This document shows, piece after piece, positions 20,865-29,816 of a DNA stretch of 41,195 nucleotides. The stretch is taken from positions 1 through 41,195 of the forward strand of contig JANWZH010000002.1 in NCBI GenBank assembly GCA_025054755.1, read 5' to 3'. Every line of letters begins with the position of its first letter. Within the stretch, counting starts at the first letter, position 1. The notes under the pieces were generated by a model. That model was not told where the DNA came from. It worked only from the letters and a program-made list of their open reading frames with translations, and made no database searches. Both the position numbers and the translations under genes were made by a program. Source of the stretch: Patescibacteria group bacterium (GTDB lineage Bacteria; Patescibacteriota; Minisyncoccia; UBA6257; 2-01-FULL-56-20).

Positions 20865-21370
20865 AATATTTTTTTGTCTTTTTTGTTTATATTTTTTAAA
20901 ACAAATTTTTCTGCCTTTAATGTTTTTTGTGAAGAATTTATAGGCCTAATTCCAATTCTTAATCTCCAAAAATTTTTAGTTTTTAATGATTTAAATATTG
21001 ATTCTATTCCGTGATGTCCAGCAGATCCTCTGGCAAAAACATATTTGAATTTGCCTATTTGAAGATCGCTATCATCATGAATGATTAAGATCTCTTTTGA
21101 TTTAATTTGAAATTTTTCGATAACTTTTTGAACCACCAAATTTGATTCATTCATAAATGTTTGAGAATCAATAATATATATTGTATCATTTGTATTAGTG
21201 GTTATATTATAATATCTAAAATATTTTTCTGATTTAAATTTTTTAATGTTTAATTTTTGAACTATATAGTTAATAGTTAATTTGCCAACGTTATGATAAG
21301 TGTTTTGATATTTTTCTGTTGGGTTTCCTAAGCCGATAATTGCTTTAATATTTTTTAGGTCTATTTCCAT
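20804..21370 (-). CDS. pth: Peptidyl-tRNA hydrolase
   Basis: 188 aa. GLGNP..KY..TYHNVG N-terminal signature, HDD.DL..G, and GHHG replacing the usual GHNG. Confidence 0.9.
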   Translation of the reverse strand: MEIDLKNIKAIIGLGNPTEKYQNTYHNVGKLTINYIVQKLNIKKFKSEKYFRYYNITTNTNDTIYIIDSQTFMNESNLVVQKVIEKFQIKSKEILIIHDDSDLQIGKFKYVFARGSAGHHGIESIFKSLKTKNFWRLRIGIRPINSSQKTLKAEKFVLKNINKKDKKIFYCIVDGLIEKLIKNVLPSS

Positions 21371-21375
21371 AATTC

Positions 21376-21404
21376 TTGATTAATTATAAATTAATTTATA
21401 TAAT
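21376..21404 (+). promoter_or_regulatory. Putative lepB promoter (TTGATT-17 nt-TATAAT), 9 nt before the ATG
   Basis: TTGATT at 21376-21381 and TATAAT at 21399-21404; ATG at 21414. Lies in the 43-nt divergent pth/lepB spacer. Confidence 0.4.
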
Positions 21405-21413
21405 ATCTGCAAG

Positions 21414-21971
21414 ATGCGTAAATTTTTATTTTCTTTTTTAGAAATAATTGAATTTATTATTGTTAGTTTAGCTTTGGTTTTTATTATTAGAAGTTATATT
21501 ATTCAACCCTTTTTGGTTTGGGGGTCTTCTATGTCGCCCAATTTTTCAAGTGGAGATTATATTTTAATTGATGAATTATCTTTACGTTTTAAATCAATCG
21601 AAAGAGGAGAAGTTGTTGTTTTTAAATATCCTAAAAACCATTCAACTTATTTTATTAAAAGAATAATTGGTTTGCCTAGTGAAAAAATTCAAATTAAAGA
21701 TAATCAGATTTTTATTTTTAATAAAGAAAATCCAAATGGTTTTGTTTTAAATGAGCCCTATTTAAGCAACTTTGTTAAAACAGAAAATAGAGGTGGTCAA
21801 AATATAATTACTTTAGGAGATGACGAATATTTTGTTTTAGGAGATAATCGTCAATATAGTTATGATTCACGTGATTGGGGAGTGGTTAAAAAAAATGAAA
21901 TTGTTGGTATTGCTAGGTTAAGACTTTGGCCAATAAATTCATTTAGTGTTTTTGCTGCTCCAAATTATTAA
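21414..21971 (+). CDS. lepB: Signal peptidase I
   Basis: 185 aa. N-terminal TM segment, catalytic Ser box GSSMSPNF, Lys box FIKRIIGLPSE and GDNRQYSYDSRDWG. Confidence 0.88.
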   Translation: MRKFLFSFLEIIEFIIVSLALVFIIRSYIIQPFLVWGSSMSPNFSSGDYILIDELSLRFKSIERGEVVVFKYPKNHSTYFIKRIIGLPSEKIQIKDNQIFIFNKENPNGFVLNEPYLSNFVKTENRGGQNIITLGDDEYFVLGDNRQYSYDSRDWGVVKKNEIVGIARLRLWPINSFSVFAAPNY

Positions 21972-21979
21972 AAAAAATA

Positions 21980-23275
21980 ATGAGGAAAAAAAATAAAAAA
22001 ATTTTATTACAAACCCCAAAAGGAATGCACGATATTTTGCCAAGTGATGAAAAATGGTACGATAGAATATATAAAGCTTTTCGAAAAATTTCAGAATTTT
22101 ATGGTTTTAAAAAAATTTCTACTCCAATTTTAGAATATGCTTTTTTGTTTGAAAAAGGTATTGGTGAAGCAACTGATATTATTGAAAAAGAAATGTATTT
22201 TGTTAAAACAAAAGGAGATGATCTTTTGGCTTTAAGGCCAGAAGGAACAGCTCCTGTTATGAGGGCTTATTTTGAACATGGATTTAATAAATTATCTCAA
22301 CCTCAAAAATTTTATTATTTTGGTCCATTTTTTAGACACGAAAATCCTCAAGCTGGTCGTTTTAGACAATTTCATCAATTGGGTTTTGAAATCATTGGAG
22401 GCAAGTCTGATTCAATTTATGATGCCGAGATAATAAGTTTATCTTCTGAATTAATTAAAGAATTAAAAATTTCAAATTTATTAATTAATATTAATTCAAT
22501 TGGTTGTCAAACTTGTCGTCCAAAATATATTAAAAAATTAGAAGAATATTATAAACATAATTCATCTAAAGTTTGCAAAACTTGTAATCTAAGAATTAAA
22601 AGAAATCCATTGCGAGTTTTGGATTGTAAAGATGATAAATGTCAAGATATTAAAAAGAATGCTCCAAATATTATAGATAGTTTATGTATAAGTTGCCGCA
22701 ATCATTTTAAAGAGGTTTTAGAATATTTGGACGAATTGAATATTTCTTATAATTTAGACCAAAATTTAGTTCGTGGCCTAGATTATTATTCTAGAACAGT
22801 TTTTGAATTAGAAGTTGAAGGCCTAGGTTCAGAAATTGGTTCTTTGGGTGGTGGAGGAAGATATGATTATTTATCTCAATTATTAGGCGAAAATCAGGTA
22901 TCAGCTTTAGGAGCTGGATTGGGTATAGAACGCTTAATTTATGTTATGAAAGCTCAACAAGTCAAATTACCAGAAAAACAGGGCAAAAAAGTTTTTATTA
23001 TTCATTTAGGAGATTTAGCAAAAAGAAAAACATTATTAATTATGCAGAAACTTTATGATGCTGGTGTTTCTTTTGTAGAAACACAAGATAAAGAATCTTT
23101 AAAGGCTCAACTTCGTTCGGCAAATAAAGTACAGGCTGATTTAGCTTTAATAATTGGGCAAAAAGAAGTTTTTGATAATACTGTCATTATTCGTGATATG
23201 CATTCAGGGCTTCAAGAGACAATTCCTTTAAATAAATTAACTGAAGGTATTAAAAAATATATTAAAAATATTTAA
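21980..23275 (+). CDS. hisS: Histidyl-tRNA synthetase
   Basis: 431 aa. Class II motifs (LRPEGTAPVMR, FRHENPQAGRFRQFHQ, GGGRYD, GIERL), the Cys-rich insertion with NPLRVLDCK and a C-terminal anticodon-binding domain. Confidence 0.93.
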   Translation: MRKKNKKILLQTPKGMHDILPSDEKWYDRIYKAFRKISEFYGFKKISTPILEYAFLFEKGIGEATDIIEKEMYFVKTKGDDLLALRPEGTAPVMRAYFEHGFNKLSQPQKFYYFGPFFRHENPQAGRFRQFHQLGFEIIGGKSDSIYDAEIISLSSELIKELKISNLLININSIGCQTCRPKYIKKLEEYYKHNSSKVCKTCNLRIKRNPLRVLDCKDDKCQDIKKNAPNIIDSLCISCRNHFKEVLEYLDELNISYNLDQNLVRGLDYYSRTVFELEVEGLGSEIGSLGGGGRYDYLSQLLGENQVSALGAGLGIERLIYVMKAQQVKLPEKQGKKVFIIHLGDLAKRKTLLIMQKLYDAGVSFVETQDKESLKAQLRSANKVQADLALIIGQKEVFDNTVIIRDMHSGLQETIPLNKLTEGIKKYIKNI

Positions 23276-23282
23276 AATTATT

Positions 23283-23708
23283 ATGGATAATAATTGTATT
23301 TTTTGTAAAATTATTAAAAAAGAATTAGAATCTAAAATTATTTATGAAGATCAAAATGTTATATCATTTTTAGATATTAATCCCCACACCATAGCTCATA
23401 CTGTAGTTATTCCTAAAAAACATTATTCTACAATACTTGACTTAAGTAATGATGATATATTACAATTGTTTAGCGGCCTTCAAAAAGTGGTTGATTTAAT
23501 TAAAAAAACAATTAATCCAGACGGTTTTAATATTGGAATTAATCATGGAAGGGTTGCTGGTCAAGTAATTGATCATTTACATATTCATGTTTTGCCAAGA
23601 TTTTTTAACGATGGAGGAGGGTCAATACATTCTATTATTTTTAATAAACCAAAAGAGTCGCTTGATGAAATATATGAAAAAATAAAAAAATATGGCAATC
23701 GAAGTTAG
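23283..23708 (+). CDS. HIT (histidine triad) family nucleotide hydrolase
   Basis: 141 aa. N-terminal CIFCKI and the histidine triad HLHIHVLPR. Confidence 0.88.
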   Translation: MDNNCIFCKIIKKELESKIIYEDQNVISFLDINPHTIAHTVVIPKKHYSTILDLSNDDILQLFSGLQKVVDLIKKTINPDGFNIGINHGRVAGQVIDHLHIHVLPRFFNDGGGSIHSIIFNKPKESLDEIYEKIKKYGNRS

Positions 23709-23913
23709 AAAAAAAGAAGGAGAAACAGTTCAATCTTTAATTTATAGATTTACTAAGAAAATAAAACAAAGTGGCGTTTTAACTGAAGTAAGAAAAAGAC
23801 AATTTAAAGCAAGAAATCAGAGCAAATTAAAAAAGAGATCTTCAGCTATTTATCGTTCATTAAAGCAAGAAGAATTTAATCGTAAGCGTAAACTTGGTCT
23901 TCTAAATTATTAA
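23692..23913 (+). CDS. rpsU: 30S ribosomal protein S21
   Basis: 73 aa, highly basic. VRKKEGE..QSLIYRFTKK...GVL.E.RKR..F matches the S21 pattern. Overlaps the HIT gene 3' end by 17 nt. Confidence 0.88.
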   Translation: MAIEVRKKEGETVQSLIYRFTKKIKQSGVLTEVRKRQFKARNQSKLKKRSSAIYRSLKQEEFNRKRKLGLLNY

Positions 23914-23934
23914 CATAATAAAATAAATATAAAT

Positions 23935-24375
23935 ATGGAAATTTTAGATCAAATTAAAAATGATCTAAAAAAAGCTCAATTGGACAAAGATGATTTAACT
24001 TTGCAGACCTTAAGGCTTGTTTTATCTGAAATTCATAACTTTGAAATTAATCAAAGATCAAAAAATCAACAAATTTTATTAGATGATATTTTATTAATTA
24101 TTCAAAAAGAAATTAAAAAAAGAAAAGAAGCTAAGGATTTATTTTTAAAAGGAAATAGGATGGATTTAGTTAATCAAACTGAAAACGAAATTAAAATTCT
24201 TTCTAAATATGTTCCATCTTTATTAAGTAATGAAGAGATTTTAAAAATTATTAATGATTTAAGAAATAAAGGTTTAAATGATTTTAATTCTTTAATGAAG
24301 GAGATTATGCAAAATTATAAAGGAAGAGTGGATGGCAAAGAAGTTAAGAAATTAATAGAACAAATTTTGCAATGA
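23935..24375 (+). CDS. GatB/YqeY domain-containing protein
   Basis: 146 aa. The N-terminal I..DLK.A....D...L.TLRL..SEI pattern and the length are typical of the YqeY family. Confidence 0.8.
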   Translation: MEILDQIKNDLKKAQLDKDDLTLQTLRLVLSEIHNFEINQRSKNQQILLDDILLIIQKEIKKRKEAKDLFLKGNRMDLVNQTENEIKILSKYVPSLLSNEEILKIINDLRNKGLNDFNSLMKEIMQNYKGRVDGKEVKKLIEQILQ

Positions 24376-24785
24376 AATTACAAAAAGAAAATTTTTTTTA
24401 TTCTGAAATAAATTTATTTTTAAAAAAAATAATTAAAATTTTAAAAAAAGAGAAAAAATTTAAAAAAATTTTTTTAAAATATCAACCTCCTTTAGTATTC
24501 TTAGTTGATTCAAACTTAATGATTAGTTTAGAAAAAAAATTTTTTAAAAAAAATAAAGAACCAGACATTTTATCATTTAATTGGCCACCTAATTTTAAGC
24601 AGGGAAAAAATAAAAAAAATCCATTAGGAGAAATTTATTTAAATAAAAGAGTATTAAAAAATAAAAATAAAATTAAATATCTTTTAATTCATGGTATTTT
24701 GCATTTATTAGGCTTTAATCATTATAAAAAAAATGATATTATAAAGATGGAAAATAAAGAACAAGAAATTTTAAATCAATTATAA
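24372..24785 (+). CDS. ybeY: rRNA maturation endoribonuclease YbeY
   Basis: 137 aa. Zinc motif HGILHLLGFNH near the C-terminus. ATGA start/stop overlap with the upstream gene. Confidence 0.75.
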   Translation: MKLQKENFFYSEINLFLKKIIKILKKEKKFKKIFLKYQPPLVFLVDSNLMISLEKKFFKKNKEPDILSFNWPPNFKQGKNKKNPLGEIYLNKRVLKNKNKIKYLLIHGILHLLGFNHYKKNDIIKMENKEQEILNQL

Positions 24786-24790
24786 TTAAT

Positions 24791-26002
24791 ATGAAATTAA
24801 TTTGTGCTTTAGACATTGGAACATCTAAAATAAGAGCTGTTGTTGCAGAAAATGAAAATGGTTTACCCAAAATTATTGGACTGTCAACCACTGATGTTTT
24901 TGGCATGCGTCATGGCGCAATAGTTGATTTAAATGAGGTTAATAAATCTATTTTTAAGGTGTTGTCAGATGTTAAAAATATTAATAAGAAAGCTTTAGAT
25001 TGTATTTATTTTAATATTGGAACTCCCGAAGTTAAAACTCAAGTTTCAACTGCTGCAACTGGAATTTCAACTGGCGAGGGAGAAATATCTTATGAAGAAA
25101 TTGAAAAAGTTAAAAAATTAGCCGAAAATCTTAATTTTGGCCCAAATAGAAAATTGGTTAATAGTATTGTTCAAGAATTTATTGTTGATGGAGTTGGGGG
25201 AATTACTGATCCAATAGGTTTAGTAGGAAATAGATTAGAGGTTAAGTCATTAGTAATTAGTGTTTTTAGCCAACATTTAAATAATATTAATAAAGCAATT
25301 TCATTATTTGGCGGAAAAGCTAGTGGACCCATTTTTAATCCAATTAGTTCAGCTAATTCAGTTTTATCAAAAATTCAAAAAGAATTAGGAGTAATTTTAA
25401 TTGATATAGGAGCTGGAACAATGAGTTTTGCAATTTATTTAGAAAATAAATTGATTCATACAAAAATCTTTCCTATTGGTTCGGCAAACATTACTAGTGA
25501 TATTGCGGTTGGTTTAAAAATTCCATATGAAATAGCCGAAAAAATTAAATTAGAACAAGGAGCAGCATTTCCTAAAGAAGTTGGCTCTAGAGAAACAATT
25601 AATTTGGGTGAGTTTTTAGGGGGCGGTAAAAATATTGTTTCTAAAAAGTTTGTATCAGAAATTATTGAGGCACGATTAGATGAAATGTTTGAATTAATTA
25701 ATAAAGAAATAAAAAGTTGCGGGAAAATTGAATTATCAGCTGGAGCAGTTTTAGTTGGCGGAGGAGCAAAAATGGCTGGCTTAACTAATTTGGCTAAGGA
25801 TCGTTTAAAATTAGCTGTACAAATAGGATTACCATTGAATGATAAAATTATTTTTAGTGACGAAAATCAAAATATTTTGAATGATCCTGAGTATGCTAAT
25901 GTTTTGGGATTGATTTTGTGCGGGGCGATTAATGAGGGTTGGAGCGATGAAAATTCTTTAATGGATAAAATTAGGAAAGTATTTAATGCATTAAAACCTT
26001 GA
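24791..26002 (+). CDS. ftsA: Cell division protein FtsA
   Basis: 403 aa actin-fold protein. ALDIGTSKIRAVV phosphate-1 motif, IDIGAGT phosphate-2 and GGGAKMAGL adenosine motif. Immediately upstream of ftsZ. Confidence 0.88.
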   Translation: MKLICALDIGTSKIRAVVAENENGLPKIIGLSTTDVFGMRHGAIVDLNEVNKSIFKVLSDVKNINKKALDCIYFNIGTPEVKTQVSTAATGISTGEGEISYEEIEKVKKLAENLNFGPNRKLVNSIVQEFIVDGVGGITDPIGLVGNRLEVKSLVISVFSQHLNNINKAISLFGGKASGPIFNPISSANSVLSKIQKELGVILIDIGAGTMSFAIYLENKLIHTKIFPIGSANITSDIAVGLKIPYEIAEKIKLEQGAAFPKEVGSRETINLGEFLGGGKNIVSKKFVSEIIEARLDEMFELINKEIKSCGKIELSAGAVLVGGGAKMAGLTNLAKDRLKLAVQIGLPLNDKIIFSDENQNILNDPEYANVLGLILCGAINEGWSDENSLMDKIRKVFNALKP

Positions 26003-26032
26003 ATATTTTAGAAAAATATATATTATTGAATT

Positions 26033-27463
26033 ATGAAAAAAAAGATTAAAAATAAAAAAGAAAAATTAATTTCTGAAAAAAATAAAGAAGATAAAAAATT
26101 GTTAAAAAAAGAAAATAAAAAAAATAATATTTCTAAAAATAAAGTTATTAAATTCAAATCAAAAACTAAGTCTTTTTATAGTAGCAGTTTACCGATTATT
26201 AAGGTTGTTGGAGTTGGTGGCGGAGGAGGAAACGCTGTTTCGAGAATGAGTCGTAATTTTATGCGTGGAGTTGAATTTATTGCAATTAATACTGATCATC
26301 AGGATTTAGATCATTGTAATGTAAGAAAAAAACTTTATATTGGAAAAAGTTTGACTAGAGGATTGGGGACAGGAATGAATCCAGAATTAGGAAGACAAGC
26401 TGCTGAAGAAAATAGATCCGAGATAGAAGATGCTTTAAAGGGTTCAGATATTGTTTTTTTAGCAGCTGGATTAGGAGGTGGAACTGGTTCTGGAGCTTCA
26501 CCGGTTGTAGCTGAAATAGCTCGTCAAAATGGTGCTATTACTTTAGCTTTTGTAACAAAACCATTTTCTTTTGAAGGGTCTCAAAGAGCTTTTATTGCTG
26601 ACGAAGCTTTAATGCGCCTTAAGGATAAAGTAGATGCATTAGTAGTTATCTCTAATGATAAAATTTTTTCTTTGATTAATAAAGACATTTCTATTTTAAA
26701 AGCTTTTGCTGCAATTGATGAAGTTTTAAAAAATGCTATTTTGGGCATTGTTGAAATTATTGCTGTGCCTGGAATTATTAATTTAGATTTTGCAGATATT
26801 AAATCAGTTATTCAAGATGCTGGAACAGCAGTTGTTGGCGTTGGAATTGCTTCTGGCCAAAATAGAGCTGCTTTAGCAGTTGAATCAGCTTTAAATTCTC
26901 CACTTTTGGAATTTAGTGCCGAAGGAGCAAAGGGCATTGTTTTTAGTGTGGCTGGGACAAAAGATATGAAAATGGCTGAGATTTATGAAGCAGCTCAAAA
27001 GATATCTGAAATAGCTGATCCAAGTGCAAAAATTATTTTTGGAACTTATTATGATAAAAATTTAAAACCTGGACAGTTAAAAATTACTCTAATAGCTACA
27101 GGTTTAAATGGTGGAGCATCATCTACTGTTTCTCTTTTTGGTGGATCAATTTCTCGTCAATCATTTAAATTTGATTTTGAAAATTTTAAAAAAGATAATA
27201 TTTCAAAGATTGAAGAAATAGAAGAAAAAACTAGTCCATTAAGATTTAATTTTTATAAAAATATTAATGTTGATAAAAAGAATATAAAACAGGAATCAAA
27301 TAATTTAAAAACAGATGAAAAAGTTAATTTAGATAATAAATTAATTAATGATAAAGAAAATCAAGATAAAAATTTACAAAATAAAGATTTGATTGATTCT
27401 GATTCTAATAATGAAGACTTATGGGATACTCCAGCTTTTTTAAGACGCAAAAAGAAACAATGA
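26033..27463 (+). CDS. ftsZ: Cell division GTPase FtsZ, with a Lys-rich N-terminal extension and a long C-terminal linker
   Basis: 476 aa. Tubulin signature GGGTGSG, VGVGGGGGNAV, NTD, and the C-terminal FtsA-binding peptide DTPAFLRRKKK. Confidence 0.95.
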   Translation: MKKKIKNKKEKLISEKNKEDKKLLKKENKKNNISKNKVIKFKSKTKSFYSSSLPIIKVVGVGGGGGNAVSRMSRNFMRGVEFIAINTDHQDLDHCNVRKKLYIGKSLTRGLGTGMNPELGRQAAEENRSEIEDALKGSDIVFLAAGLGGGTGSGASPVVAEIARQNGAITLAFVTKPFSFEGSQRAFIADEALMRLKDKVDALVVISNDKIFSLINKDISILKAFAAIDEVLKNAILGIVEIIAVPGIINLDFADIKSVIQDAGTAVVGVGIASGQNRAALAVESALNSPLLEFSAEGAKGIVFSVAGTKDMKMAEIYEAAQKISEIADPSAKIIFGTYYDKNLKPGQLKITLIATGLNGGASSTVSLFGGSISRQSFKFDFENFKKDNISKIEEIEEKTSPLRFNFYKNINVDKKNIKQESNNLKTDEKVNLDNKLINDKENQDKNLQNKDLIDSDSNNEDLWDTPAFLRRKKKQ

Positions 27464-27464
27464 A

Positions 27465-28502
27465 TTATTCTTTTAAAAATAAATTATTTTCCATGGCTTC
27501 TTCTATAGTTTCTCCGGTAATTTTATAAATATCTTTATCTATTTTTTGAAATTCGTCATAAGCTTTGTTATAAGTAGACATTGTAATATTAATATGATTA
27601 CCTAATTTTTTTAAAAATTCTTCATATGTTATTAAATGTTTTTTTAATTGGTTGATATTTTTTATAATTTTTTCAGTTGATTTATTAAATTGTATTTTAT
27701 GTAGACCTAATAATATTGTATTTAAATAGGCTTGGAAAGAGGTTGGTGACACGATATTTACTTTTTTTTGATAAGCATATTCAATCAAATTTTTACCCCC
27801 TAAAGAACCAACTTTATTAACTAATAAATCATAATATAGAGCTTCGGATGGAATATACATTAAAGCAAATTCAAATGTCCCTTCTTCTGGTTTAATATAT
27901 TTAGATGTTTCATCTATTCTATTTTTTAAATCATTTCTTAAAGCATCTTCAAATTTTTTAATTTCTTCGTTTGTTTTTGCCTCAATTAATCTATTATAAT
28001 TTTCTAAGCTAAATTTTGAATCAATTGGTATAATCTTATCTCCATAAAAAATTACAGCATCAACTGTTAGGCCATCTGAAAAAGGATATTGCATTTGATA
28101 ACTGGTTGGCGGTAGTATATTTTTTAGAGTATTTTCTAATAAATATTCACCTAGCAGACCTCTTTGTTTTGGGTTTTTTAAAATATCTTGTAAAATTTTT
28201 AATTGATCAGCTAAATTATTTACTTGTCTTTGACCTTCGTTTAATTTAGTTAATTCTTGAGTAACTTCTTTAATAATTTCTTTGGTTATTTTTGAACTTT
28301 CGCTCATTCTTTCATAAATAACTTGAGTTGATTCACCTAATTTTTTATCTAAAGTTTTAATAATATCATTGATTTGATTTTGTAAAAGTAACAAAGCTTG
28401 ATTCTCAGATTGATTATTTTGATTTTGATATAATTTTTTAAATACTAGAAATAGTAAAATTAATACTAAAATAATGAGAATAATTAATAATATATTTTCC
28501 AT
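27465..28502 (-). CDS. rmuC: DNA recombination protein RmuC
   Basis: 345 aa. N-terminal TM anchor, long coiled coil, and a C-terminal nuclease-like core (QRGLLGE..LE, VDAVI......IPIDSKF, MYIPSEALY). Confidence 0.85.
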   Translation of the reverse strand: MENILLIILIILVLILLFLVFKKLYQNQNNQSENQALLLLQNQINDIIKTLDKKLGESTQVIYERMSESSKITKEIIKEVTQELTKLNEGQRQVNNLADQLKILQDILKNPKQRGLLGEYLLENTLKNILPPTSYQMQYPFSDGLTVDAVIFYGDKIIPIDSKFSLENYNRLIEAKTNEEIKKFEDALRNDLKNRIDETSKYIKPEEGTFEFALMYIPSEALYYDLLVNKVGSLGGKNLIEYAYQKKVNIVSPTSFQAYLNTILLGLHKIQFNKSTEKIIKNINQLKKHLITYEEFLKKLGNHINITMSTYNKAYDEFQKIDKDIYKITGETIEEAMENNLFLKE

Positions 28503-28528
28503 AATGTAATTATGATAAATTTTGATAT

Positions 28529-29065
28529 TTAATTCAAATTATTTTGTTTATTAAAAAACATTAAAATTAAAATCAACATAAAGCTAAGTAAGCTCATAAA
28601 AGGAATGGTTATATAATTAAATCCAATAATATATTTTTGGGAACAATTTAATAAATTACCAGAATTTTCTATAGAACAGATTGTATTTAAATCAGAATTT
28701 ATTTGAATTATATTATGATATAAAGCAATTAATAAACCAATTAGTGCTAGGGTTATTATATATTTTTTAATATTTTTATCATTTTGTAATATAGACAATC
28801 CTAATAATATTGTTTGAGGGTACATAAATATTCTTTGATACCAACAAAGTAAACATGGTTCAATTCCAAAAATTTCAAAATAAAAAAGACTTATTGTAGT
28901 TGCGCTTAAAGCTATTATAAAAGAAAATAAAAAAGAATTTTTTGAAAAAAAAATAAAAATTTTTGAGTTTTTTTTAAAAAAGAAAATAAATATTAAAAAA
29001 GCAATTAATATTTGAGCAATTATACCTAAAAAACTTATTAATTTATTAAAAATAATTATATTCAT
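28529..29065 (-). CDS. Disulfide bond formation protein (DsbB/BdbC family)
   Basis: ORF track 28529..29155, but its first 30 codons run through the tRNA-Ser gene, so the in-frame ATG at 29065 is used (178 aa). Four TM segments, a CxxC motif (CLLCWYQR) and a second Cys pair (CSIENSGNLLNC) in the second outer loop. Confidence 0.7.
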   Translation of the reverse strand: MNIIIFNKLISFLGIIAQILIAFLIFIFFFKKNSKIFIFFSKNSFLFSFIIALSATTISLFYFEIFGIEPCLLCWYQRIFMYPQTILLGLSILQNDKNIKKYIITLALIGLLIALYHNIIQINSDLNTICSIENSGNLLNCSQKYIIGFNYITIPFMSLLSFMLILILMFFNKQNNLN

Positions 29066-29082
29066 ATTAATAAAAATAAAAG

Positions 29083-29169
29083 CGGAGGCGGGAGGATTCG
29101 AACCTCCGGTCCGATTACTCGGACTCCGGTTTTCAAGACCGGTGCCTTCAACCACTCAGCCACGCCTCC
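29083..29169 (-). tRNA. tRNA-Ser (anticodon TGA)
   Basis: The reverse complement folds as a type II tRNA: acceptor ggaggcg/cgcctcc, anticodon stem ccggt/accgg, loop cTTGAaa, long variable arm, T-arm ggagg-ttcgaat-cctcc. No encoded CCA. Confidence 0.9.
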
Positions 29170-29321
29170 TTTTGACAAATTAATTATATTAAAAATATAT
29201 AAAAAATCAAAAAAACAAAATTAATTAACTATTGCATTTTTTTTATTTATATATAAAATATTTAATTATATTTATTTTAAAAACCATATATATTGGTTAG
29301 TTATTATATTATTAAAAAAAT

Positions 29322-29780
29322 ATGAAAAATTATTATTTAACAAAAGAAAAATTAGAAGAGTTAAAAAAAGAATTAGAATACTTAAAAAATGAAGGCAGAA
29401 AAGAGGTGGCAGAACATTTAAAAAAAGCTAAAGAATATGGAGATCTGTCTGAAAACGCTGAATATAATGAAGCAAAAGATGAGCAACAAAAATTAGAAAC
29501 AAGAATTTCTGAATTAGAAGATATTATTCGTAATGTAATTTTAATTAAGGAGGGAGTAAAAAGTGATGTTGTTAAAATTGGTTCAAAAGTTACTTTAAAA
29601 AAAGACGGAAAAACTTACCAATATGTTATTGTTGGTCAAAATGAAGCTGATCCATCTAGTGGTAAAATTTCTAATGAATCACCATTGGGAAAAGCTTTAT
29701 TAGATAAAAAAAATAATGATGAAGTTGAAGTTCTAGCGCCTGGAGGAAAAATTAAATATAAAATTGTTAAAATTGAATAA
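29322..29780 (+). CDS. greA: Transcription elongation factor GreA
   Basis: 152 aa. N-terminal coiled coil with GDLSENAEY..AK..Q and a C-terminal FKBP-like domain ending SP.GKALL.K..GD.VEV..P.G. Confidence 0.92.
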   Translation: MKNYYLTKEKLEELKKELEYLKNEGRKEVAEHLKKAKEYGDLSENAEYNEAKDEQQKLETRISELEDIIRNVILIKEGVKSDVVKIGSKVTLKKDGKTYQYVIVGQNEADPSSGKISNESPLGKALLDKKNNDEVEVLAPGGKIKYKIVKIE

Positions 29781-29816
29781 TTTTTATTTTAATTTAATTG
29801 TGATATTATAAATATT

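Noticed and set aside
29066-29155. 30-codon N-terminal extension of the DsbB-like ORF (MVEGTGLENRSPSNRTGGSNPPASAFIFIN)
   Set aside because: These codons are read through the tRNA-Ser gene (29083-29169). The in-frame ATG at 29065, followed directly by the first TM helix, is the plausible start.
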